DNA of 63,391 nucleotides, the filler included, from Klebsormidium nitens (lineage: Eukaryota > Plantae > Klebsormidiophyceae): the NCBI GenBank assembly GCA_000708835.1. It is 6 parts of 6 records of this genome, joined end to end, with 100 filler letters (N's around TTAATTAATTAA, not from the genome) between each part and the next. Parts side by side here need not be neighbours in the genome. Positions count along the whole stretch, not along the records: positions 22,352 to 29,462 come from DF238315.1; positions 29,563 to 42,582 come from DF238104.1; 4 more parts are not named here. One strand, written 5' to 3'. Of this stretch, positions 24,020 through 37,846 are shown piece after piece. The translations under genes and the position numbers were made by a program. The notes below the pieces were generated by a model. It was not told the origin of the DNA. It worked only from the letters and a program-made list of their open reading frames with translations, and made no database searches. Each line of letters starts with the position of its first letter. The first letter of the stretch is position 1.

Positions 24020-24790
24020 AGGCGCGGCTCCGTTCCGCTGATCAGGCGCCGAGTCACCTTCTCGCCTGGCGCCCCGGTTGCATTCTGCTTTTGCGCGGGC
24101 AAGGTCCTTCTGCATCCCGCCTAGGTGTTTCCTGACTCGCATCTCGATCCGCCTGATTCAATCGCTTTGCCAACAGCGCGTCCAGGCCAAGTTGTCACGC
24201 TGCTTTGCATACCTGTTCCGCTCCGGCCCAGGGACTCCGGCCTCCCTCCGCTGGAGCCGCTGGCCCGGAGTCGCCGCGGCGCTACGCCAGACGCCCAGCT
24301 AGCTGTCAGTATACGACGGAACCGTTCCGTTCCGTTGAGATTCGACCGGACCCTCGTTCCGCCGGGACAGGTCTCAGCGGATCCATTCCGCTGATTGTTC
24401 CGGTTTCAACGGAACTAGGCCAGCTGCAGCGCGCCTAGCATGCTAGGTAGGTCAGCCAGGCCGTTCCGTTGCGCGGGAGCCCCAGCCAGTCCGTTCCGCT
24501 AGAATGCAGCCAGAGTGGGGCCTATTCCGCTAGGGCGCGCCCCGAAATTCGGCCCCATTGCACTCGGGATCCCACTGTAATCCGGTTCAGCCAGCCCGTT
24601 CCGTTGCGCGAGCCTTCAGCCGCCGGCCGGTCCATTCCACTAGCTCGTGGTATTCCGGTTTAGGCCCATGCCGACATTCCGTTGCGAGCGAGCCTGTTGA
24701 GCCTGTTCGTCCCGCCAGAAGAGGTTTGATTCCGGTGCGGAACCGTCCCCAGTCCTCTGCAAAACGCCCCGTCAGTCATTCCGCTGCACG
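24020..24790. repeat. GC-rich tract with about 14 dispersed (C/G)(A/G)TTCCG(T/C)T motifs
   Basis: Motifs such as CCGTTCCGTT, CCATTCCGCT and CTATTCCGCT near 24027, 24213, 24322, 24354, 24383, 24462, 24492, 24522, 24597, 24631, 24651, 24675, 24730 and 24777, all in one orientation. Confidence 0.6.
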
Positions 24791-25038
24791 CCATGTGCGC
24801 GCGCCTCAGCCGGTCTGAGAGTATGGTCTGAAACTGCGGCCGCGACTCGCACCAAGCACGATAACGCGGCCGCGCTGGGACCCCCTTTTAACCGAGCATA
24901 CAGGCATACGGTCACAGTAGCTCTTCAAGAACGTCTCTGAAGGTAGAGCAAGACGGGCTGCCAGTCGCAAGTGCTACCGGCGTACCGCAAAATACTCGGC
25001 CGCTTCAAGTTTGAGCCGATCAACATCCAAAACTGGAA

Positions 25039-25999
25039 ATGGCGGTGATTACTCTGCGCGCCTTGGCAGCGCTCTTGCTTATGTCTTTGGCAGCTCTTGC
25101 TCAGGGGAGCGAAGCGCTTGATGTCACCCCCGAGTTTGTTCAGGTCATCTACCACGTGCAAGTCAACAGAAGCACCAGCCTGCCGGATCCGACTCTCCTC
25201 AACGCCTTTCTACAGTTCCAGAACGACACGGGTTTGTTCAACCCACTGTTTCCTAACCACCCCCGTGTCCAGCTGCAACGCTGCAGCACGAAGGTGCACC
25301 AGACCCCGTTTGATTTCTACACGATCCAACATCCAGAGGGATGCAGCAGTGCACCGGGTATGGTCAGAAACACTGAGCGAGACAGAATGTTCCAGACCTA
25401 CAAGACGGTCTGTTTGACTTGGAACGCGGCACTATTGGGGCTGATTTTGTTCTACAGCATCGGTTGCTGGCTGAGCCACGGTTTCAAGAGGGGTGCCGAT
25501 CGAGCGATGGAAAGACTTGGCAATCTGCTTATTGACGGACCCAACAACTTTGACGACGGATTGGCAGCTGTACTCTGCCTACTTTTCGCCGTTTTAATAG
25601 CCACATTTGCTGGCGTATTTGGTGGCACATTCATGTACGTTTCCCTTCTGAACATGGTGTCAAAGGTAGAGCCCGTGCAGCTGCCAGACGCTGCCAAGCT
25701 GGACAGACTCTTGGAACTCGCCGGTCAAAACATCACCCTCTTCCCGTGCACCGTCAGGAGCTCTTTCCTAGCAGGTCTACATTGGATTCGCTGACAGCTG
25801 TCCTCAGTTGCAAGAGTGCATCCATCCAAAAGGTTTCTCGACCTGGCCATCTACGCCACGTCAAGAGAACCCTTTCTTGATGATCTTAGCTTCCATGATC
25901 CTCATCGGAAAAGTGGCCTTCCTCGCGGTCGGTGTGCTTTACCTGTGCTGCGTTCTGTGGCCAAAAGGTGTGCGAGCCTTGATCAAGAAGCTCAAGTAG
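25039..25999 (+). pseudogene. Paralogue B of the membrane-protein family (signal peptide), one frameshift near 25765
   Basis: ORF 25039-25794 has a signal-like N-terminus and STSLPDPTLLNAFLQ...NPLFPNHP...FDFYTIQHP. It continues in another frame as QVYIGFADSCPQLQE...LYLCCVLWPKGVRALIKKLK* to 25999, matching the C-termini of A and C. Confidence 0.7.
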
Positions 26000-27525
26000 A
26001 GGCGCAGTTAAGGTTACTTTGAACTCGAAAGATGATACTTTCCGCATTTGAATAAAGAAAGTCAAGACTGCAAACCGGTTTGTGAACGTTTTGAGATGTG
26101 TAGGTAGGGAGAGTTTCTTCTAAGATAGGCAAAGACCGGCGTCGGTTTCCCAGGGGTTTCCAGCGGTACACAAATTACCAGATCTAGAGGCTCTGCAAAG
26201 ACTCTCGCAAGATGCAGTTCCAAGAAACACTCAGCCACTATATTGTGAAATCAAGAACTATGCCGCTTCTGGAGAGACTTTCATGTCCACAAATTAGCTA
26301 CTGAATGCGTAGCTCATACTCCGCCTGCGCGGTACGCATTGACCTCATGAAATGTACCTGATGCCTCCAGATTCGGTTGAGTTCAATGCAATCAAACTCC
26401 TGATTCATGAATCGGGCGCCGTTATACGCCTTTAACATAGTAGTACTCGTTGTTAATGACTGAACGTACCGTTGTCGGGTGAAATAAATTGAAATCTCAT
26501 TCAAGCAAGACATGCGAAGATCTAAAACTCGAATCTTCCGCCCACTTGCGCACAAAAGCCACCAGCCACCTCACCTTGTTGAACCTTTTGGAACCGACAG
26601 CCACAATGCTTGCAATGGATGGGAGATCGACTCATTTTGGAAACCCGATTCGTCGAGAAGTGAGCGCGTTGCAAAGAGGTAGTGCTGATCCAACTCGTTA
26701 AGGGATAAAAGCTCAAGCAAGTAGTCAGATCGCTATGAGTTAGCTTGTGCCTCCCAGCTGGCGCTTCCTGCAGCACATCAGTGGTTCGAAAAGATGGGCG
26801 CACGCAGACGGCGTCAGGACAAAACTGGCGGGCCAGGGAAAGTAATTAGATCTAGTACATAACAGTTGCGCAGCATGTTAGCAAGAATCAATATTTGTCA
26901 GCACCACATCAAGACATCATGCGGTGAAATCTTCACTTTGCGGCACGGTCCACCCATGTTTGATTCGACCGAAGTCCCCGTTTCAATATCTGAGCATCCG
27001 CTCAGCAGACCCACATGTTGTAAACCACACGGTATGGAAAACGAGGGAGAATTACAAGAAAGCGAGGGCCCATCTAATTACGTAAATATCTCTTCAGCGT
27101 TCGCACGTCATTCGATCATGGAGGCACAGATGTTGTGGAAGCACGCTTTTAAAAGGAGACCAAAGTACGGGAAGCTTGCTACGGAAGGCCGCTGAGGGCT
27201 TGGATGTTGACGCATTACTGATTGCTCAAGCCGACAATGCATGCTCGTATTAAACTCATCCGCAACAATGAGCAACAGGGGTGTAGATAATACGAACTAG
27301 AAAGTATCGGCTTCTGATCAAGCATCTTCACGAATGGCCCGAAACTCTCCTCCCTCCTCCTATAACCTAGTGAAAGAAAAGAAGCGTACGTCCAAAAGAG
27401 GTTTTGAGCTTACAAACCTCTGATTCAGTCTCTACCACATCGATCCGGCAGCATCTCTACTTGAATAAGCAAAGAGCTGCCCCTTTCAGTCCGCTTCCGT
27501 ACGGAGATCCTATCTAGAAATCATT

Positions 27526-28574
27526 CTAGAAGATGCTTAGCGATCCAGAAGGGGCCTGCATCTCCGCGTCGCGATCCTCCTGGCTTCCAGTATGGAGCTT
27601 CCCAACAGGTCCGCGGCTCTGCCAAATAAAACAGCAGCCGTAGAGCAGTCCCCCTGCCAGAATGACCCACGACAAAAAGGCTACGGCTGAGGCAATGATT
27701 GTTAGAGTACCAACAAAGATGTTGTGAACCATAGAAACTTGTGACTGGAAAATAGACGCCTGGATAAAGGATCCCCCGGAGCTGGTCGCACCCGTTCGAA
27801 AAGCCTACGTATACTTGGAAAAGCTTTTCCACTGAGCACAGATAGAGGGTGACGTTGTGGCCATTGGATGTGAGCACCTTGTTTAAACCGGATGGCTCAG
27901 GCAGGCCCACCATTTTCAGATGCTTTGTCCCATAGTCGCTTGTATATAAGATAGTACTCAAGAGGGTGCAGAGGAAGAATACTGGTACTTCGGACAAAAA
28001 AACCCGAAGGATATGAACCCAGTCAAGGTCGGACGACCTTCTTTCATCACTGCGGCATTGAAAACGCCACGTGTCTGCCTCGAGTTGCCTGTCCCCTTGC
28101 CAAATGCTACTTGCAAAGCGCCTGACCCTTTCACTAGTACAGTGGCCAACTGCCCAAAGGATGATCAGGACCAGAAGGGCGGAGTCCCAGAGCAGAATAA
28201 AGCTCTCATAGGAAGATACAACTTTCTCCTGAGTGGGATTACTGGCCAGGCCTGGTGCGCTATCACACCCCCCTGGGTGCTGAACTGTGTAAAAAGTTGA
28301 AGGCAGTTTGGTATAGTATGCTGGCGTTGCAGAGTTGCAACTGGAGCGGAGGATGAGATGGAAACAGCGGGTTGGTCAAGCTGGTGTTGCTCTGCAGGAA
28401 GGCGTTGAGAGGAGCTGGGTCAGGCAGGCTGGTGCTTCCGTCCACTTGCATGCGGTAAGAGACCTGAACAAAGTCGGGAATGGCGGCATAGGACTCGCTT
28501 CCTTGCATCAAAGCTGCAATCAGCACTGCTGTGAACACGGCCTGAGCGCCCAGAACCTTGAAGCGCACCGCCAT
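27526..28574 (-). pseudogene. Paralogue C of the membrane-protein family, two frameshifts
   Basis: MAVRFK...GSTSLPDPAPLNAFLQ...NPLFPSHP, then one extra T in a T5 run (28291-28295); removing it restores FYTVQHPGGCDSAPG...LPEPSGLNKVL...LYLCSVEKLFQVYVGFSNGCDQL. A second shift near 27740 leads into MVHNIF...LYGCCFIW...EMQAPSGSLSIF*. Confidence 0.7.
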
Positions 28575-31500
28575 TGAAGCTGCTCTGTTGGCCTCTTAGC
28601 GCTAGATTCAAGCTGAACCTCAATCCTTCTGAGCAAAATAAAACGCTGTCACGGCCGGCAAGAGGCCGGCTGCGCAGCCGCGCGCCGCCGCGTGTGCGCT
28701 GGAGTCGATCGCGGGCCGATCACAGGATTTATCCTCCTCTGACGAAAAATAGTACGTGCGGACGGCGGGTTTTGAGAACTTGGAGCAAGTCCGAATGTCA
28801 GCCTGCTCGAACTCGTACTTCACAGCAAGTGATACGCGACCGCCCGCGGGACGACGGTGAGTGGACCGTCAGTCCGAACTTGAAGGACACGTCGCCGCGC
28901 GCGCGGCTGGCTAGGCAGTCTTTTGGCAAACCTGAATCTCTTAGGGTGATGCACAATGGCGAAGTTGCTGGACAACTTCGATTGGAACTTGAAGGTGCGT
29001 GCCAGCATGCGCAAGCGATTCAAGTGGTTGCGGAAAGCAGAATCCAACGCTGCTTTTCTCCGATCGCGTTCGAAACTGCGTAGGAATGAATGTGGGCGCG
29101 GGAATCATTTGAATAAGCTCAGAGCGCCTGCCAAACAGCCTTCACGGTTTCTTCTATGACGTAAAGTTCAGGTTTTCAATGGGCGGTGGCAGTCGTGCGG
29201 AAATTCTACCCCGACGAGAGGTTAGCGAACGCGGACTGAAAGGTGAACTTGAGAATCATGCTCTCAAAAGAGTCAATCCGACGGAGTCCGCTTCAACCAA
29301 ACACATAGAATGAGCTGCCTTTCCAATAGATTGCAAGTCGGCCGCATGTATAGTGCGACTCACGCACTAAGCATATGGTCACGCAGCGGCTACGCACTGC
29401 ATCGTGAGGAAAAGGTCCACGTGCTCAACATCGGAAAAAGCGGGTCTCGCCGCTCCTATTTANNNNNNNNNNNNNNNNNNNNNNNNNNNNNNNNNNNNNN
29501 NNNNNNTTAATTAATTAANNNNNNNNNNNNNNNNNNNNNNNNNNNNNNNNNNNNNNNNNNNNCTTCTAACACGATCCAATGTTGAATGTAACAGGCTCTT
29601 GAAAGCCCACTTGCTGCTTAGGGAACCGTGACATATGCACTTTCGTGTCAAGACGTGCGTGAGACTGTACGATTGCGAACACCGGACATGATACCAGATG
29701 TAGTACCTCTGAACAGAGCGTGAGAGCCCTGCTTCAAGAGTTCGGTGACTCATGCCCCAATACTCATGAACCGCTCATGATAGGTTCCGATCTGGCACGA
29801 TCGACAACCCTTTTACTTCACAGATGTTCGCAAGCACTGGGCTTCCAGAAAAAAACTCCCAAAGCAAAGGATCCATTCCGTGTGCTGTTACGTCTGACCT
29901 ACTAGGCGCGCCAACTCTCGAATTCTCGAAGACGTAAGATAGCGAGTCGCACGCCTCAAGAACTTGAACCACTCAAGTGCAGTTTTTGAATAGCACTACT
30001 TGCAACGGAAGGGACCTTCGTTCGAAACATACATGTACTCAGAATAACGTGTGTGTCGAATTGTGTTGAGGAGGGGCGGTGTTTCAAACAAATTGAGCTG
30101 GGTAACCATCGCAAGCCGTGTTTCTCTAATGATGCAATGTGGCTCAAAATTTCTATCCTTGAGTGGACGTCGTGACTTTGTCTTGGTGTCAACTCGGAGA
30201 CCAGCTAGACAGAGCAGAAGGCTTTACCTGTTTTACTACGTCCGAGCGTCCGCCAAATGGGCTGCATCAGTCAAGATCGTGTAGTCGTCTACGTTCTGCC
30301 CATTGGGCCGAGATTTGCAATTGCTTCGCGAACATGCCAAGCGGCTAGGTGGATAGGTGTGACGGAATTTCGATCAAGTAAACTTGCAGCTCGCCCATCG
30401 AACCGCCAAATTAAAGAGAGCTTCGCCCGGCGGAACAGCCTGACAACGGACGGAACGCTAAAAGAATCACCGGGCGGAGCGTTTGCCAACAGACTGACAC
30501 AGACCACGAAGTAAGACCACACAGGGAAAGCCCGCTCGCGCACAGAGTGACGAGCAGTGGTGCAACCTGGTGACATGGGCAGGCGGCCATGCCAGCGATA
30601 AACGGACAGCCCAACGTAAGCATGAAGCGCTTGATCACCAAAAGTGAGGTAGAAAAGAAAGCTGGCGCGCACAAACCCAGCCTGATTAGACCGGAAACCT
30701 TCNNNNNNNNNNNNNNNNNNNNNNNNNNNNNNNNNNNNNNNNNNNNNNNNNNNNNNNNNNNNNNNNNNNNNNNNNNNNNNNNNNNNNNNNNNNNNNNNNN
30801 NNNNNNNNNNNNNNNNNNNNNNNNNNNNNNNNNNNNNNNNNNNNNNNNNNNNNNNNNNNNNNNNNNNNNNNNNNNNNNNNNNNNNNNNNNNNNNNNNNNN
30901 NNNNNNNNNNNNNNNNNNNNNNNNNNNNNNNNNNNNNNNNNNNNNNNNNNNNNNNNNNNNNNNNNNNNNNNNNNNNNNNNNNNNNNNNNNNNNNNNNNNN
31001 NNNNNNNNNNNNNNNNNNNNNNNNNNNNNNNNNNNNNNNNNNNNNNNNNNNNNNNNNNNNNNNNNNNNNNNNNNNNNNNNNNNNNNNNNNNNNNNNNNNN
31101 NNNNNNNNNNNNNNNNNNNNNNNNNNNNNNNNNNNNNNNNNNNNNNNNNNNNNNNNNNNNNNNNNNNNNNNNNNNNNNNNNNNNNNNNNNNNNNNNNNNN
31201 NNNNNNNNNNNNNNNNNNNNNNNNNNNNNNNNNNNNNNNNNNNNNNNNNNNNNNNNNNNNNNNNNNNNNNNNNNNNNNNNNNNNNNNNNNNNNNNNNNNN
31301 NNNNNNNNNNNNNNNNNNNNNNNNNNNNNNNNNNNNNNNNNNNNNNNNNNNNNNNNNNNNNNNNNNNNNNNNNNNNNNNNNNNNNNNNNNNNNNNNNNNN
31401 NNNNNNNNNNNNNNNNNNNNNNNNNNNNNNNNNNNNNNNNNNNNNNNNNNNNNNNNNNNNNNNNNNNNNNNNNNNNNNNNNNNNNNNNNNNNNNNNNNNN

Positions 31501-34500
31501 NNNNNNNNNNNNNNNNNNNNNNNNNNNNNNNNNNNNNNNNNNNNNNNNNNNNNNNNNNNNNNNNNNNNNNNNNNNNNNNNNNNNNNNNNNNNNNNNNNNN
31601 NNGATCCATTTCGACTCCTGTTCGTCAGACCTTGTCGCGAGCGAGATGCTCCGCCGACGTGGCTTCCCTTTGGCACGGCCCGGCTTAGAGCAAAGGCGCC
31701 ATCATGCTACATGCGGCGCGGCCGGGCCGTTCATGTGTAGTGGGCCGAACCAGTAGCAAAATCGAAAGGACAGGACGCAAACAGTGGCACCGTATTTGAG
31801 CAGGTCTCGAGAAGTTGTCCTTGAAACGTACCTCAATACGAGGACCTCATAATCCTCGCACAAGGACTCCGTACTGCTGCACGATTTATGAGAACCTGGT
31901 ACCTTCAGAAAAGCACGCCGTCTGCCAGGTCGGTTTTATTACTGTGATTCAGGACGTTGATCGTGTGGAGCTTCGCACTTGCCGTTCACATCTGAGTCTG
32001 CCGCCAAATCGATGTGCTGAAATGGGATCCATTGGTGAACAGGCTCATGTAGAAGGGGCTGAAGCAGTCAAGTAGTACTAGTAGTCGATCAGATCCACCA
32101 ATCTAGTCTCCACTTGCGATTGGGCTGTACTCACGGCATCAGACAGAACCCGAGTTGGTATATATTGGAGACCAACTTCTGATCCTGGTCCGCTTCACAG
32201 CCGTTTGCAGTGCGAAAAAGATTGCTTGCATGTGACTTCCACCTTCTACCTGATCATGAAAGAAACGATCAACATGTCAGGATCCTTTGATCTCATGATC
32301 ATTTCGGCCGCGGATCGCTTGACCGCTCTCGAAGAAATGCCAGACTTCAGCGCGTTCTTATCTAACACAAGCAGCTTAGAAGACTTGAATGAAGAACCTG
32401 ATCAACATGTCACCACTCCGGTTGATGCGAGAGAGAACCAGCGTACTGACTAACCTCCGTATGCGTACGTGGACGACAGCGTGTTCGATGCAGCTGTCCT
32501 TCAGCTTCGAACCGATCGAGCATCAGATATCGCATTCGTAACGAGGATTCGAGGCATCCCCGAATGGCGGGCACAGACGTTTGGCCAAAATAGTCAAACC
32601 GACCAGGATACACCAACACACCAAATGCTGACCTCTTGAAAGATATTGACCGCGACATGGGCTTTTTCTGATGACAGCAAATTCGAAGAGGGGTCAGATT
32701 GCTGAGGCTTTCATCACACGCTCAGGGCCAGGCAAAGACGGCCCGAGCTCTATGACAGTCTGTAAGAGGGTCTAGCTCTGGAGCTGACGCGGGGCACCTC
32801 AGCAGTTACTAGCGTGTCGGAGGAGTGCGCGTCTCCAAGTACACGTGGCAGTTCAGCATCAACGGCTGGTGGATTCAACAAATTAAAGAAGCGTGCCGCG
32901 TAAACACTGGGAAAGAGCGGGCGCGCGCGCACCCCGAGACTGAGAAAAGCGCGCTCAGCGTATAGAAATGGTAAAGGACTCTCAAGACCGATGCCAGGCT
33001 CGGAAAGAAGAACAGCCGATGTCAGCAGCAGAGATGACGCCAGCAGTCTGGCGCTCCTGTGAGCATAATTTTATTCGTCGACAACAGATGCCGTCATACC
33101 AAGGTCTGACTGCGCGTGTTAGACAAGTCGGGGTTAACTCAGGCGGAGGCCAAGAAGAATAGGCCCCCGCAACAAGGTGGCAGGTTTGATGGAGCCGAGC
33201 CTATTTCTGTCGGATTTTGAATGTGCTGAAAATTGTACGTGAGGATGCTAGCCAGATGCTATACAGACGGAAATAAGCCGCCTTTAGCTAACTTATGAAT
33301 GATGCCAGCAAAAAAGGACTGAAGGACGAGGCGCTGGGTCGTCCCTCAAGAGAAAAGCGAACTTAGTGAAGCCACGCAAACTGTTCGTCTGGGTCTACTT
33401 GGAAGTTTTGTACGGAAGCTTAGCCGCTGCTGTTCATAGTTAAACAGGATCATAAGCTAGCGCGCTCGTCCGCTCTTGCACGAAAGTTACGCAATTTGAG
33501 TTCCGTTGCAATCAATGTATTGGCAGGCTGGCCTCAGTGGGCACGAATCCACGAACATGCCTGATGGGCTGACTCAGCCTCAAAAGGGCCCTCGTCACAG
33601 CCGACGGGTAAGCTGTATCCTGAAAGAAAGGTACGCAAGAGTAGCCTTGTAACTGAATGCACGACCTGAAACTTTGGTTCTCATCAAGCAATGACACATT
33701 GAAGTAGGCGATCGTCAGTTTCGTTGCGATAATCATGTAACTTACTTGGCGGCTCAGAGAAAGCAGAAGGTGAATCTGCTATTGATGGGCAATGCGCCCT
33801 CAAAAGAGCCCTCATTACAGCCGACATAATAGTATTCGGAAGGCCGGAGAATACTCGCAACTGTGGAACTTTTCTTCGGATGCACGACAAGTGTTAAACT
33901 CGCTCTTCGTACATTGTTACGAGAAGCAACTGCGGGTACTCACCTTAACATAGCGGGCTAGAAACACAAGCAGATACTACAGCTAATTAGACTAAGTTCC
34001 GAGACAAGGGCTTCGCAAGCTGAGGTACCTAAGTAACAAGTGAGCTCAGCTTGTTGGTCCCCGTCGTCATGTAATTCAGTCCTTGCGTTGCTTTCCCTCC
34101 GTTCCTGGCGTCAACGGTTTCCGACATACGTCTGAAATACCTCTCATTTCGACCAGCATCATTGCCTTGCACAGGGAAAAAGCCGCTTTGATTGGACTCA
34201 AGAGCGTCCGGCCGACGTGCAAAATGTGAAGAAAATACACTTGAGTAAATGCGAAAACCCTTTATTGAAGTCATATGATCCCGAGCAAAGCACTTTGATA
34301 CCGGTCGGAGGGCTATCTTCAATCAACTTCACACCACTGAATTGACAAAAATCGTAATACAAACTCAACCATCTCGCTTAAATTGTTGTGACCAGCTGGA
34401 GATCTTCAAGCCGCTATTTCGAAGGGGAAGGGAGTTCTGCCTGAAGAGGATCGCGCCAGCTGCTTTGTAAGCTGGCAAGTTAAAGGGACAGCTACAAACG

Positions 34501-37500
34501 TACGTCACGGATTGGTTGAAAGGATATTTTCTAGCAGGCGACTAGTAAAGTACCAATAATCACCCTTTTGAACAAGAGAATTCAACGCGGTTTACCACTT
34601 TTGGACGGACCTCGATTGAGAAATAGGTTACTCTACTGTTATCTTGATAGGAGCCAAAGCGGCTGCACGCTGATTTTGTGGGTTCAGAGCAACCACCTCG
34701 ACTGAATCACCGGCGTTGATCGCCCACCGGCACAATCCGCCCACAAGATCCATCACGCAAAGGTGAGTCAGTGTGCGACTCTTATCTGCTCTGGTGAAAA
34801 ACATTTCAGCATTGCTTTGAAGCCCACCGCGGCGTCTTGAGAAGCCATCCTTGCACTTCGCAGCTTACTGGCACGATACGCACGAAAAGAAGGTGAAAGC
34901 GGGCATCCTCCACCTGCATACAGACTCCAACCGGATCATCTGCCGCACGACAAATGCGGAGCCGCCCAGAAAGGTCGCCAGATCTGAACGAAGATAAACA
35001 GGCAAAGACATGAATTCGCACGAGCTTGGAATTAACGCTGTTGTGCGCAGACATTTCAGGCGAAGCTGTTGATGATATGTACTGTTACAGTCGCTCGCAT
35101 AAGCCGTACGTCTCCCAGGTTCTTCTTGCGAGTAGCGAGGATGTAAATCTCAGCACGAGGAAAGCGGCACAAACCCGTCCGGCGGTCCATCCGGGTCACA
35201 CTCATATGCCGAGCTCCTTTCCGTCCCCGGAAAATGTTTTAAGCGCAGTGATCTGTGCTTCCTGACGAGCTGTCAAATCCATGTGTCACGAGAAGAACGA
35301 GAAGGGGGTTCAAACTTCTGACAGTGGGACGTGGCTCGGAGATCCTAGTGACAGATTGGCAGGAGTGAGGTGGTGGCACCTCACGTTGCCAGCTCATCAC
35401 AGCCTCGTGCAATCTCTACCGTTGTTTTCAACGCTCTTCACAGAACAAGAGGAGGAAGAAAAGTCGGACCCAATCTCGCGCGCATATTGACGCCAGTTGA
35501 ACGCTAATGAATCTGTAGACGGGTGCCCAAACGGCCAATACCAGAACGGTTGCGGACGCGGGAAGACCTCAAAAGATTCGCTCGTCGCAAGCGAAGGCAG
35601 GGCAGTCTATCCGGCGTTGGATGATGTATCAGGAAAGTAATAAAACTAGGGGCACGTATACAGAATATTCCTCCTCGTCGGAGCCAGCAAGGAACAGCTG
35701 ACATGTTGATCGATTGCCGAGGGTCAGCGTCTCAAAGAGCGTTACATATATACAGGGCCACGCAGACTTCCAGTCGGGCCTGAGTTGTTGATGAAGGTGG
35801 GTTCAGGACTGAAGCAACGTCTGTGCGCTTTGAGCTTTTGACTTCTGACAAATGCGAACCTGTGCAGGCACTCTAAGCGAAATAGCACGGGCACGGCATA
35901 GATCGGCTCCCAGTAGTGTTAAGTAAACCTCAACTCAGCCGTGCACAAACTAGCTCCCAGGATTCTGAAGTCTTTTTGGCTTGAAGATTGACAAGCTTTC
36001 CCAACGGCTCCAGGGAGCACGTCCCCTTTTCTTTTGAGGCAGCGCGTCAATAGCGGCCCCTTCATCACAGCCAAATGCAATTTTGCCAGAATATCCTTAA
36101 GAGACCCTCAGCCAAAAATCAGTGAGTTCTAGTATTCAGGGATAGGCACGGCCAAAAGGTCTCACAAACGGAGCCCGAATTCATCCTTCCAGAGGTTGAA
36201 GGGGGGTTGAGGTGGCTGGTGTCAACCACTCAGCTTTTATCGTTAATTAGCATTCTCAGAGTGCGCTCCTCATCAATATGAGTCCTATTGCATGTAAGTA
36301 GAAAGAGATATATAGATCAGACTTAGATTCTGTACCAAGCGTCCTCAATGGCTCGAAAGCATCATAGGGGACTCTCCGAAGAGATTTGATGAGAGATTTG
36401 GTGGGACACGTGTCCCAAATTCTCCAATCAGAGCCAATGGACGGTGATCTTTAAGATTCAAGTTCTCGTACCGTGCAGACCGCCGTTGAAAGGCTGGCGC
36501 GTCACTTGGTCTCGTAAATCAGTCGTACGTGTAGATGGTAAAACATATTTTCTTGCATGTGACACGAAGACAAGTAGATTTGGAGGCAGTACCCACCGCT
36601 CTTCAAGAGGCCAGAGACACTCAGATCGGGCCGTTATCAGATCAATACGAACCTGGAATCTCTTATTTTTTTATTCTAATGCTTTTTCTTCTATTACCAT
36701 TCTGGATCTGCTCAGGTTTTCGATCGAGGTAATCGCTTATGCATGCAATTCACCTTATTTTTCTTGGCCTCGGTATAACCATTCGTTCTTGGCTGAGTTA
36801 CATCTCAGATTGGATAGCTTCACAGCCAAGATTCAATTTGATTGCATCGATAAAAAAGCAGGTCAGAAGATCCTTTCGGTGTTGAAAAGAAACGGTAGGG
36901 ACTGCTTGCGCACCTCCCGCCTCCTCTATCGACAAAGGCCCTATTTAGAGAACGTCGTGCGTTAGCGTTGACATGAAACTGTTTGACCAAAATCAGACAA
37001 GCCTTAACAAATTGTAAGCGCGACCAGAGGGCGCAGACGCCCAGCCAGAATATGTAACGTCCAGCAGCGAGCAGACCGTATGGGCTCCACCGCGGGCGCG
37101 TCCACCAAAATTTGCAGACGTCTTATATGGCCTATTGGCAACCATTTGCACCCATTTCCTCGTCAACGCGTCCGGTGGATCCCTCAGTTTCAAGGATGAA
37201 GTGACCCTATGTCTATTAGTTCCCCAGCTAAAATGCAAATTTTGGGCATTCAATTGGACCGGTCAAATGACACTCAACGATGGCGGAAACTTGTAGAGAA
37301 CGTACTGGGACCAGCTAGCCAGTCGATTTGACCTTGTGGGCAGTTTGGATATGACGATTCTGCCCGCTTATAATTCTGCTCGCGCCAACTTTTTGGCTGG
37401 CGTCTGCGCCTTCTCGAGCGCGACGCCGGAAGTGCGAATTGTCGAATTGCGGACCGGGCAATCCGCGCGCGTCGCCGCTGCGCGCACTCTTTTGGCACCG

Positions 37501-37523
37501 TCCACTTTGGCTCACTTCGTGGA

Positions 37524-37846
37524 TATTGCACATTCGGTCAAACCTGGCCGCCTGACCCAATTCCGATTGGGACCGATCGCACTACTTGCCCGGGATGCGC
37601 AGATCTTGAGACCCTTCGATGACCCAAAAGCCCTCCATCGGACGGTCCAAGTTCTGCAAGGCCTGGCCGGTGAGTCCGGTTAGAGCCGATTGTAAAACTT
37701 TTTCACGGGCAAGGCGCAGAACTTGGGCCGTTGGATGGAGTCCTTTTGCGTCATTGAAGGGTTCAGGTTCTGCGCATCGGCAAGTTCTGCAATCGGTCCC
37801 AATCGGTTCTCGGGTTAGGCGGCCAGGTTTAACCGAACCTGCAATA
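37524..37846. repeat. Long imperfect inverted repeat (arms ~130 bp, spacer ~58 nt)
   Basis: 37524-37657 (TATTGCA.ATTCGGTCAAACCTGGCCGCCTGACCC...CCGATTGGGACCGAT...GATGCGCAGA...CCCTTCGATGAC.CAAAAG...CTCCATC..ACGG.CCAAGTTCTGC) pairs with 37716-37846. Confidence 0.8.

Noticed and set aside
30411-31740. Long ORFs of 300-420 aa in the track
   Set aside because: They only run through the ~900-nt N gap.
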